Notes: generated from the sequence alone by a model not told the origin. A DNA stretch of 22,712 bases from Sedimentisphaerales bacterium (GCA_963663805.2 CAXXMR010000016.1:1-22712); one strand, 5' to 3'. Positions 9,794 through 19,116 are shown, numbered from the stretch's first letter. Made by a program: numbers and translations.

Positions 9794-10242
9794 ATCGTTG
9801 CCAGGCATTTCTGGTTTGTTGCCATAGAAGACATCATTTGGCCTTAAACCATCGAGTATCATGTGAGGACGCCATTGATTGTACCAGGTTTGGAATTCAT
9901 CGCAGAGTTCGGTTAAGTGCTTAAAACCTCTGAATCCCATTGCAAATCACCAACCCGCCAGTTAGCATATTTAGCAAATATAGCGGTATATTTTGGTTGG
10001 AAGCGTCGCTTGGGGCGGGTGAGCTCCGGAAAACCAAGTCAAAGGGATTAGTTTTTGACACGCCCAGATGGTTGCTTGAAAAATGAAACAAAATGCTAAA
10101 ATGCTATTATAATTAAAGTGTTTATTTACAATGGCTTATAAAACGTAGAGCGCAGGCTTTTTTCGCACCCTTTGGGGTCCCGAGTTGGACACCAGAGCGT
10201 TAATCATTTTAGCAATTCCGAAATAAGGATGTTTCGGGGAGC
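9794..10242 (-). mobile_element. Internally deleted integrase-core (rve-like) transposase remnant; copy 1 of a diverged direct repeat
   Basis: Minus strand encodes RGFKHLTELCDEFQTWYNQWRPHMILDGLRPNDVFYG, the Y-N-x-x-R-P-H-x-x-L motif of IS3/IS481-type integrase C-termini. Aligns to 19454-19937 (69/80 and 107/130 nt identical in two ungapped blocks). Confidence 0.8.
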
Positions 10243-10299
10243 GATGTACTGCTGCCGGTATTCAAAAAACATTGTGGGTCCTGATCACGCTCAAATGTG

Positions 10300-12201
10300 T
10301 CAGAACCGAACAGGCTGGTTCAGCGATATGCACTCCACTTCCACGAACCGTACCTGCCGCCGATTATGGTCATAAACAAAGACCAGCCGACCATCTGCCA
10401 GAACCAGACCATGCGGATATGCCATCATACCGCCATGAAGAATATCGGCTTTGATATACCAGCTTTCCATCTCATCATCACTAACCCAAAGTGACAATGG
10501 GTCACGTCTGCTTTTGCTCGTATGGTTATGGATCAAAACGATACGTCCGTCCGGCAAACGCACCAGATGCGCCATCGTAGAGGGATTAGCGATGTCCGTA
10601 CGTACCGCCTCGCTCCAGCTTCGGCCATTATCCCGGCTCTCACTCCTCCACAAATAACCATCGTACTGAGCCCGCATCAGCATCACCAGCCGCCCATCCT
10701 TCAATTGCAGGCACGTCGGCTCGATCAAACCCAAAGGCCGATTAGCCACCCCGCCTGCTTCTCGCCAACCGCCGCCATCCTTTTCGTCAGCAATAAAAGC
10801 CATACAGCCATTAACATATTCAGCGTAAACTCCACCAGAGACACCTTCTCCTTTTGGCATTGCCAGTGCTTCAGCTTCACTGCGAGCCTTAACCAGTTCC
10901 GAACGCGGAGCCACCAGTGGCAACGGCCGCTTATCGAAAAAAGTTCCTGCAAACAAATACTTGCCATTGGTAAGTCTCAAAGGCGGCCCTTCAAATAACG
11001 ATGCCTTATTATCACGAATCGTAAACTTTTCAGCCGTTCCCCACGTATTGCCATTATCCGCTGAATACATCCGTCGATAATGCCATTCTGTATAGCTCTT
11101 ATCCCACGGCAATAACGCCCAAAAAGCCGCCAGCCGCTTTTCGTCAACCGGATAAACATTACTGACCACCACCATCATATTATCCTGCGCCGGCACAAAC
11201 ATTTCCGGCTCCGACCACGTTTTACCCATATCCTTCGATCGGGTTAAAACCGCGCAATTATCCGACGACGGCTCATTCTCCGTTCCCGTAATCCACCAGC
11301 TCAGCAAATCACCATTGGCTGCCTGCGTTATCATCGCTCCGCACGCCAGCCGATACATAACCCCCTCATGCTCCCAGCCCTTCAAACCGTCAAATACCAT
11401 CCTCTCCCGGATTTTAATCTGCGGATACTCCGGGCCGATCCCCAAAGGCTCAGTCGAAACAAACTCCCGCAAACCATCCTTATAAATCCCAACGATTTCC
11501 TTTTCCGAAACTGCTCGCCCCCAAACCGCCAGTTCATCGATTTCGCCATTATAATCCTGACCAATATACCCCTTAACGTACGCCTCTACACAGGTCGTCG
11601 TACCATCCTCGTATTTATCCGTCCCTGCCTGCTTCAGCCCATCCACATAAATAAACATCTCCCCACACCGCACCGTCGCCGCGAAAAAATGCCACTTGTC
11701 ATCATCAAGTCTCACATCCGAACGAACCGATTTAGACTTCGGCAATCCTTTAACCTCAAAAATAAGTTTTCCTCGATAGCTGCGATCATGCCGCCCCAGA
11801 TAGATCGCCAGTCCGCCCGTTTTATCCCAGCGTGAAAGCAAAAACTCATGCCCGCCTTCTATCTGACCGCTCCTGAACCATCCTGCCACTAAAAAATTCT
11901 CATATCCAAAATCCAAAACATCCCCGCTCACCAACTCCACATATCCCCGTTGCGGATAAAGAGCATGTTCCAGCTTATGATTATTCAGCCGCAGAGACTT
12001 TCCCCACCCAGCATGTTCTACCGGAGTGGAAGTGGCCATCAGCATATCCGTCCGCAACCGCCCGTGAGCCGCCCCAATATTATCCCGAATGACATCCCCC
12101 TCCAGCTGATCAAAACTCCAGTAAGCCACCGGGCCTGAATCCGCCTCACAAAAACATGCCCCGATCAATATCAATATGATGCTAATCTTTTTCACGTTCA
12201 C
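10300..12201 (-). CDS. Secreted LamG + BNR/Asp-box beta-propeller (sialidase-like) glycosidase
   Basis: Signal peptide and N-terminal LamG. Asp-boxes SKDMGKTW, SADNGNTW, SRDNGRSW and SDDEMESW, plus EPT..LKDGRLVMLMR, RDPL and AYP motifs of BNR_2/GH33-like proteins. No clear RIP motif, so specificity is uncertain. Confidence 0.82.
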   Translation of the reverse strand: MNVKKISIILILIGACFCEADSGPVAYWSFDQLEGDVIRDNIGAAHGRLRTDMLMATSTPVEHAGWGKSLRLNNHKLEHALYPQRGYVELVSGDVLDFGYENFLVAGWFRSGQIEGGHEFLLSRWDKTGGLAIYLGRHDRSYRGKLIFEVKGLPKSKSVRSDVRLDDDKWHFFAATVRCGEMFIYVDGLKQAGTDKYEDGTTTCVEAYVKGYIGQDYNGEIDELAVWGRAVSEKEIVGIYKDGLREFVSTEPLGIGPEYPQIKIRERMVFDGLKGWEHEGVMYRLACGAMITQAANGDLLSWWITGTENEPSSDNCAVLTRSKDMGKTWSEPEMFVPAQDNMMVVVSNVYPVDEKRLAAFWALLPWDKSYTEWHYRRMYSADNGNTWGTAEKFTIRDNKASLFEGPPLRLTNGKYLFAGTFFDKRPLPLVAPRSELVKARSEAEALAMPKGEGVSGGVYAEYVNGCMAFIADEKDGGGWREAGGVANRPLGLIEPTCLQLKDGRLVMLMRAQYDGYLWRSESRDNGRSWSEAVRTDIANPSTMAHLVRLPDGRIVLIHNHTSKSRRDPLSLWVSDDEMESWYIKADILHGGMMAYPHGLVLADGRLVFVYDHNRRQVRFVEVECISLNQPVRF

Positions 12202-12932
12202 CTCGCGTTCATTGATTGCTGAATCACTTCATTGGGCTCAGCGGGCCAGACAATAGAATCGCCGAACTCCAGTATTTTCTGAAATCTTAACTCTAATTCC
12301 TCCAGCGAGCAATCTTTTGTCGGATCAATCGCTTTGCCCGGTCGCGGACAGTGGCAAAAATCTATCAGCCACCCCCCCACCTCCATCGCCTGGGAGATTC
12401 GTTTATACGGGTCAAATTCCGACTCAAAAGGTCCGGGATACACCGTATGCAGGGCCGTCCTGCCCAGCGAAAGCAAATCGCTATTCTGCCGGTTTACCCG
12501 GTCATAAGCCGTCATAACCGCATCATAGCCACTTTGTTGCGCTCGCCCTTTCACAAACTCATGATGACTGTTATTTTCCGGCAGACAGAACATTCGTACC
12601 GGTATCTCCAGTTGCTGTTCCAGTACTTCCCGACTGCGATAAAGCTCCTCCGCAATATTATCGTCGTTTATCAAAACATGATTCATGCCATGACATGACA
12701 CACCCCATCCCCGCCGACAAAGTGCCTTTATCTTATCGGCACTTAATATCTGCATCCCATTGAAACTGCTGCCTGCCACATTTCGCCGCTTGCCGATCTG
12801 TCCTGCCACCAATGCCAGATGTCCTGGAATGCCATACTTCTCATGCAGCGGCACAACATATTTAAGCAGTTCCACAAATCCCTCGTCATAGCAAATAGAA
12901 TAAACCCACTTCTTGCCATCTTTCCACGTCAA
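12198..12932 (-). CDS. Polysaccharide deacetylase family (CE4/NodB-like) protein
   Basis: SICYDEG (motif 1 variant), GWGVSCHGMNH metal-binding His pair, EELYRSREVLEQ.L and GGWLIDFCH. TTG start with AGGTGG RBS. Confidence 0.75.
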   Translation of the reverse strand: MTWKDGKKWVYSICYDEGFVELLKYVVPLHEKYGIPGHLALVAGQIGKRRNVAGSSFNGMQILSADKIKALCRRGWGVSCHGMNHVLINDDNIAEELYRSREVLEQQLEIPVRMFCLPENNSHHEFVKGRAQQSGYDAVMTAYDRVNRQNSDLLSLGRTALHTVYPGPFESEFDPYKRISQAMEVGGWLIDFCHCPRPGKAIDPTKDCSLEELELRFQKILEFGDSIVWPAEPNEVIQQSMNAR

Positions 12933-12965
12933 GATTCACCACCTCTGCTGCCCTGTCAGGAAAGA

Positions 12966-13787
12966 TTAGCGGGCACTGAAATTCAAATAATCTTTGGTAT
13001 TGCTTAGCCAGTCGGGCCAGGTATGTTCCGGCAGATTATACTCGTTCCATTTGCGATGCCATTTCAAATCCCAAAGCTCACGCAGCCCAACCTTCTGCAC
13101 CGACAGATCCATAAAAACCCAGTTGACCGACATACTATGCCGATCCATGCAGAAGCGAGCCATGTTATTACCCGTAGTTTCGTCCCAGGCATGTTTGCCC
13201 GGAATGATCGCCGCCGGTCTGTCGTTATAATAAGGATTGTTCGCGAAAGGATAGCTCGCGTCACCCAATATGGGGATCATATAAGCGTTACTGAAAACAC
13301 TCTGCTTCCAGAGTTTGGCCTCGTCCGAAGGTGTCATACTGGTCTCGAAATCATTCCAATGACTCAATATCCAGTCATTCTGCCCATAGCTGAAATAAGG
13401 ATAAGTCTCATTCCATTGCGAAATAAAACCACCCCAGGCCGCATGGGGATGTTTGCCGCCCTGATCTTCAGGTATCACTGCTTCCGGGCAAAGATAAAGC
13501 TCCTGTTGAGCACCAATGTAGGTGTCCAGCAGTTCCGGCCAGGCATGTACCTTGCGAATGTTGAACTGACTCGGAAACAACTGCTCGTTGTCCTCAAGGT
13601 ACATCGCGTAGCCCAGTCCCCACTGACGCAGGTTAGACATGCAGACAACGTTCTTGGCTTCCTTGCGGGCCGAACCCAGGGCGGGCATAAGGATAGCGAC
13701 CAGCAGGGCGATAATCGCCACAACTACCAGCAGTTCAACCAATGTAAAAGCCCGTTGCGGCTGTATCCTTCTCGAATTGTTTTTCAT
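12966..13787 (-). CDS. Prepilin-type N-terminal cleavage/methylation protein (DUF1559-like)
   Basis: [51 protein letters not shown] and RHSMSVNWVFMDLSV. ATG at 13787 has an AAGGA RBS and is preferred over 13847, which lies at the edge of a hairpin. Confidence 0.92.
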   Translation of the reverse strand: MKNNSRRIQPQRAFTLVELLVVVAIIALLVAILMPALGSARKEAKNVVCMSNLRQWGLGYAMYLEDNEQLFPSQFNIRKVHAWPELLDTYIGAQQELYLCPEAVIPEDQGGKHPHAAWGGFISQWNETYPYFSYGQNDWILSHWNDFETSMTPSDEAKLWKQSVFSNAYMIPILGDASYPFANNPYYNDRPAAIIPGKHAWDETTGNNMARFCMDRHSMSVNWVFMDLSVQKVGLRELWDLKWHRKWNEYNLPEHTWPDWLSNTKDYLNFSAR

Positions 13788-13806
13788 TTTCTGATCCTTC
13801 AGAAAT

Positions 13807-13846
13807 TGCCGCTCCGGGACAGCATCTGAACTGCCCCGGAACGGCA
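13807..13846 (-). terminator. 16-bp intergenic stem-loop between the LamG-dockerin-like gene and the prepilin-type gene
   Basis: Minus-strand RNA UGCCGUUCCGGGGCAG-uucagaug-CUGUCCCGGAGCGGCA pairs fully, including two G-U wobbles that work only on this strand. The U tail is weak. Confidence 0.65.
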
Positions 13847-13856
13847 TCTAACATAA

Positions 13857-15482
13857 TTACATTCCTGGTGTCTCACATCCACCCACTTCAGGATCATTGC
13901 AACGCAGCCAATTCGCGGCTATTCGGGCAAAGTCCGCCAGGTCGATCACACAATCCTCAGTCAAATCGCCTTCCAGCAGAAGGCCCGCTGCCGCCACATC
14001 AGCACAGGTATTCAACGCTGGCACCTGCCACACATCATAAAGATCGCCGCCGATAAGATCACTACCGTCCAGCACTACGCTGAGAGCACCATGATAAATC
14101 CGCAGATCATCAATCTGGCCATCCAGCAGATAACCGACATAAGGCTCCAGACTGATCGGAGTAGTCGCGTTCGTAGTAGCGCCATACGGGAAACCGGACT
14201 CGATCTGTTTCATGCCGTCAACGTAAAGGTCGATCACCTGACTGGAAATTACCGCCGCGAACCAGTGCCACTGATTGTCATCCAACCGGGTATCAGACAT
14301 CACAGTAATATTCTGTTCCGTACCTTTGATATCGATACCCAGCTTGCCACGATAGCTTCTGTCACCGCGAGCCAGCCAGATATTCACACCACTAAGATTA
14401 TGCTGACCGGCCTGAAGAATCATGTGGTAATAAGCCTCGTCATTAGTCGCGTCGGCTTTAATCCAGCCCGTAACCGTAAAGTCACCCCGGCCCATACCAA
14501 AACCATCGGCATACGGAAAACCGATAGCCGCGAAATCATCATCGTTACCGAAAATACCGGCATTGCCCATCCCTGCCCCAGTCTGACCGGCCAGACTCAT
14601 AATAAAATCAGCACCGGCCACCATTTCAACATCACTCAGACCGGCACCATCATAAGCAATTTTAATGCCTGTATCGGAATTGAAATCCCAATAATTCACT
14701 AAACCCTGAGGATACTGCCAAGCCGCATACAAATCACCATCTGTCAGGACACTGCCCGTCCGTACCACGCTCAGGGCTTCATTGTAAACCCGCAGTTCAT
14801 CAACCTGCCCGCCCAGCTTCTCGCCGATAGTGGTACAAACAGTAGCAGGAGGAGTCGCCGTCGTCATAGCGCCATAAGCCGCACTGCCCACCTGCAACGC
14901 TCCGTCAACATAAAGATAGACCGTCCCGCTGCTCGACACCGCGCCAAACCAGTGCCAGACATCGTCATCAAGCCGCACATCGGACATAACATCGATATTA
15001 TCCGCCCCTTCACCCTTAATACTGATAATCAGTTTACCGCGATAGCTCTTGTTGTCCGGTCCCAGCCAAACTGTCAACCCGCCGCCGTTATGCACGCTGT
15101 TATCCAGAATATAATGAGAGAAATCCTCACCCGAAACCGAACCAGCCTTAAACCAGCCCGTAACCGTAAAATCACTCGTACCCAAATCCAGCGACACCGG
15201 CGGAGGACAGCTTATCGTACCCTCATCGTCAATGTCATCAAAACTGCCTGCCCAACCCAGACCATAACCGGAAATACCAGCCTCACTGACAACATACTCG
15301 GCACCGTTACAAAGACCGCCATCGGCATCTCCCACCAGATCAGGCAAAATCATCACCGTATTGGCATCACCCGGATCAGGGGCACCGTTGAAATTCCAGT
15401 AAGCAACCAGATCCGCCGAACATAGCCCGGCCATCAGACCGACAAACAATACAACCGCGACCAAACCACTCAGTTTACTCAT
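13857..15482 (-). CDS. Secreted tandem-LamG protein with C-terminal Cys-rich dockerin-like (EF-hand-like) motif
   Basis: Signal peptide, two homologous LamG domains (FTVTGW.KA...SYRGKL...SD.RLDD..WHWF...LYVDG...GQ.D.LR.Y) and tail TC...GDLTEDCVIDLADFARIAANWLRCNDP...C. Confidence 0.88.
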   Translation of the reverse strand: MSKLSGLVAVVLFVGLMAGLCSADLVAYWNFNGAPDPGDANTVMILPDLVGDADGGLCNGAEYVVSEAGISGYGLGWAGSFDDIDDEGTISCPPPVSLDLGTSDFTVTGWFKAGSVSGEDFSHYILDNSVHNGGGLTVWLGPDNKSYRGKLIISIKGEGADNIDVMSDVRLDDDVWHWFGAVSSSGTVYLYVDGALQVGSAAYGAMTTATPPATVCTTIGEKLGGQVDELRVYNEALSVVRTGSVLTDGDLYAAWQYPQGLVNYWDFNSDTGIKIAYDGAGLSDVEMVAGADFIMSLAGQTGAGMGNAGIFGNDDDFAAIGFPYADGFGMGRGDFTVTGWIKADATNDEAYYHMILQAGQHNLSGVNIWLARGDRSYRGKLGIDIKGTEQNITVMSDTRLDDNQWHWFAAVISSQVIDLYVDGMKQIESGFPYGATTNATTPISLEPYVGYLLDGQIDDLRIYHGALSVVLDGSDLIGGDLYDVWQVPALNTCADVAAAGLLLEGDLTEDCVIDLADFARIAANWLRCNDPEVGGCETPGM

Positions 15483-15528
15483 CGTATTCTCCTTAATAAA
15501 AGTTCCTCAATTACTGTCAATTTCATTT

Positions 15529-16500
15529 CTATAAAACAGACTTCCGCCTTGAGCTCAATTCCACTAATTCTTTCTGTATCGCAGTCGCCGCTTTATTCGT
15601 CACCCGCAAATAACGATGTTTTCCGCCCACATATTCCTCAAAAGATACGCACCCGTTTTCATATACCTTAACCTTGCCCGGCTCCGACAGGTCAAACCCG
15701 CTTTCACCTTGCCGCACCCCGTAAAGCACGCTTGTCAAATCCCATAAAGGGCGGTCATAAGGCATCGGCTTGAATATCTTATAAGCCTCCGCCACCGGAT
15801 GAAGCTGTGTCCAGCCAAACTTTGCTTCCACCGCTTCTGCCGGAAACTTGATCTTCTCGCCTAGTTCGATACCGCTAAAAACTATCTCGCCAGGCCAATA
15901 CCGGCAAACCGACTTTGCTGAATCAATATCATTAAAAACGTTATATTCCGCGAACTCAGAATCGATCTTACTCAACGCTGTCTCGGAAAAATTCCCCGCC
16001 ATCACCGATGTCAGCTTGACTTTCTTCGCCACCAGCTCTGTCCCATCCAGCTCCGAATACTCATCAGGCCCCGACCTCAGCAGTGCCGCCAGATTCGTAA
16101 AAAAAACCTATTTGCACTATTACCGCCGAGCCGTCAGGCATATCCGCAAGCAGTTTACGATAAAGCGACACGGCGCTCGGCCAGACATCATTAGTATTCG
16201 ACCGGCGATACCGCAAACCATGCTCATCGCGAGCATTAACGATCTGCTTCAGATAAAAAACCTTCTTCCGGGGTCTTGCCGTCTCGCACCATCCCAATCG
16301 GCACCTGGCCCTTGCCATAAAAAGTATTTACCAGATCAACATACCGCGGCGCGTAAGCATTGTCTTTGCTTACCATCACCGCCGCCATTTCCACCTCCTG
16401 CAAATCATGCAAAACTATGCAGTACCAGCAGCGCCAAAGCATCGTCGATATCATTTCCCATATCCGTATCGAGAATAACCGAAACCGCCTGCCTCGCCAT
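15529..16500 (-). CDS. Nucleoside hydrolase (inosine-uridine-preferring family); 3 homopolymer frameshifts
   Basis: Reconstructed MARQAVSVILDTDMGNDIDDALAL (DxDxxxDD motif)...IGFFTNLAALL...VMAG...EYNV...WDLTSVLY. Removing one base at each of 16411-14, 16255-60 and 16099-106 gives a 322-aa ORF. RBS GAGGTGG. Confidence 0.85.
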
Positions 16501-16848
16501 CCCACCTCGCACCTGTTCCAGTCTGGCCCCTCTTACGCTCTTGCGTACTGCTATGTTACTCAGATTATCGGACACGATCTGTTATTTTCCTTCCCAACCT
16601 ATACATAATTGCATAATCTCAATTGCCATGATCCAATCCTACAAAAAAACCTGCTACCGTTTCAATCTGACGAAAAAACTGTTTTATAGCACAATTCTAT
16701 GATTTACGCTCTCAGCCCTTGTAAAAGCTGCTCCAATGGCTTATAAATAACACACAGGAGACGGTCCAAAACCGCCGAAATATGCTATACCGCCGACAAA
16801 GTCGACAAAACGAACCAAATAGCACTTTGCTGGGATAGGCACAAAAAA
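16501..16848. promoter_or_regulatory. Divergent promoter region with candidate operator motifs
   Basis: Lies between the divergent operon and AraC. Two inverted pairs: TGCTAC(16652)..ATAGCAC(16686-92) and TGCTAT(16783)..ATAGCAC(16819-25). Confidence 0.4.
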
Positions 16849-17689
16849 ATGATAATAGACAGCAACATAGCTACCTGTTCAAAACGCATAAAGAACATGC
16901 CGCTCATCCATCTGGCCGGGCGTTTCCATGAAAAAAGAGAGGTTTCCAACCATGCCCACGACTTTGAGGAATTTATTTTCGTAACTCAGGGAAAATGCGC
17001 CATCCAGAGCGACCAGACCACCTTCACCGGCGGCCCCGGCTCACTGTTCGTCATTCCTGCCCACCTTCAGCATTATCAGCCCGACACCGGCCTGCTCGGA
17101 ACAACCTATATCGGATTTGATTCTCACGACCCTCAGTTCGACAACAGCCTGAGAATGATCCCCCTTTTCCACCGAAGTTTATATCTCACGCTGGATTGAG
17201 GACATCGTTGACCTACATACCGCAATATACAATAATGAAGCCTATATCGAAGCCGTCGCCGGCATCATCAAAGCCATAATGACCCGGTTAATGCAGATCG
17301 ACTCCCACAACCACACCATAGCGTCCATCCACCCTCGCCTAAAAGAAGCCCTGGAATTCATCGAAACCCATCTCACCGAACCACTGAATATGGAAGACAT
17401 TGCCGACTCGGTAGATATGAGCGAAAGCCACCTATCCGCACTTTTCCGCGAGTTCATCGGCTCTGCCCCATTGCAGTATCAACAGAAAATGCGTATGAGG
17501 TTAGCCTGCAAACACCTGCTCAATCCATACATAACTGTAAAAAAAGCAGCCGAAATGTGCGGCTATGAAGACGCAAACTATTTCATCAGGCACTTCCGCA
17601 AACATTACGAAATGTCGCCCGGAAAATGGCGTAACCAGTTCCGTAAGCCGGGCCTGTACTACGCTCAGCCGGAAAACCAAAAAACCTAA
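16849..17689 (+). CDS. AraC-family transcriptional regulator (cupin + double HTH); 1 homopolymer frameshift
   Basis: Cupin HAHDFEEFIFVTQG...GSLFVIPAHLQH and HTH FIETHL.EPL.MEDIA...SESHLSALFR...CGYEDANYFIRHFRKHYEMSPGKWR. Deleting one T at 17165-68 joins the two track ORFs into 279 aa. Confidence 0.9.
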
Positions 17690-17733
17690 ATAACAAAAAA
17701 TTTCGCACAAAAAAATACGTACAGGAAAATCCC

Positions 17734-19116
17734 ATGAATAATATCAAAATTATCGCCGGCCTGCTCACTGTCATCCTGACAACTTCACTATTTGCCGCCT
17801 CACCCATAACCTGGCAGCCCCCATCATCGTTCAACTCATCCATCGCCGGTCTGGGTCTGCTCCAGCTCGAAGGCATAACCCATTACGTGATATATGACCC
17901 CGTTCCCAGCTCAGCCAACATCGACGAAGGCGGCAGCGGCATATACGAAAAGCCTCGAACACGGTATGTTCAGCCATGGATGCCCATATCGTGCTGTTCA
18001 AGGACAAATTCATCGTCTATTGGAACAATCACACCCGTGACGAAAACGGCCCCGGCCAGCGTGTTCTCGCCAAAGTCGGTACTTTCGACGCGGCATTCGA
18101 CGACATCGACTGGGGCGGTTCTGAAACCCTTGCCGAACTCGTTCCTCAACCAGCCCCGCTTCGCAGACGTACAACAGTTCACGATCCCGATGAAATCAAC
18201 GAGCATTCCGGCAAAGGCCGCCTTATACTGATCAACGACAAACGCCTGTACGTTCAGGGCTTCGTCTCCGCCCGCCACGGCTGGACCGACGATATTCAGT
18301 ATGAAAGTATTCAATACTCACCCGTCCCCACCGCTCACTGGAGCGACGAAAAAACCTCTACCTTCAAATACGACATCGGCTGGGATGTCGGTCCTAACTT
18401 CTATCAGGGCTGGCGTATCTGCAAACAGCGGTATCGACCCTGCCACCTACATGTACATTTATTCCGAACAGCTAGCCACCGTGGAAGTAACCCCCGGCCG
18501 CTTCAAAACCGTACTGCCCACCATTTTCGGCTCCTACGCCACCGCCCAGACATTCAATTACGGCCCTATCAGCTTTAAGAATGATATGCTCAACGGTACC
18601 GTAACCGAATTTGAACGCATTCCTCTTTACGCATCCGGCACCAGTACCTTGGCCGTCGATGGGTATAACGGCCTGGCCCACCGCGCTGAATTCCAGCGAC
18701 CGGACGGCAAATGGGTAGTCATCAGAGACAACGCCCTAAACCGCGGGTATTACTACGCCGCCCTGAAAAACAATAAAAAACGACTATTATCCACCCGCCT
18801 GGCAGACCAATCTTTACGGCGATGCCATGCCCGCCGCTGGCGAACTGCCCGACAGCAGAGTTTTCATTATCGGCAACAGTCGCGACCGCCAAAATATGTT
18901 CATAACCATTTCCAGCGACGGCATAACCTTCAACAAATCATGGCTCCTACTCCATATCGCCCACCAGCCCCCTCAGCGGCATAGGCAAAAGCACAACCCC
19001 CAGTGGCCCCCAATATTTTCAAAACCGCCCTCGTCAAAAACAACCTCTGGGTAGTATACAGCATCGCCAAAGAAAAGATCGGAGTAACCAGAATCCCCAT
19101 AGGTCTGCTAAACTAA
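17734..19116 (+). CDS. Secreted BNR/sialidase-like beta-propeller protein; 6 homopolymer frameshifts
   Basis: Signal peptide MNNIKIIAGLLTVILTTSLFA, WNNHTRDENGPGQRVL, GELPDSRVFIIGN, Asp-box ISSDGITF and GPQYF...LWVVYSIAKEKIGVTRIP. Removing six single bases gives 458 aa ending at TAA 19114-16. Confidence 0.65.

Noticed and set aside
9951..10242. Conserved repeat segment as a structured ncRNA
   Set aside because: Much of the conservation is explained by a decayed reading frame shared by both copies. Only the terminal hairpin shows structure-like conservation.
13023..16702. Long plus-strand ORFs 13023-13829, 14091-14702, 14952-15425 and 15848-16702
   Set aside because: They are antisense shadows of well-supported minus-strand genes and have no recognisable motifs.
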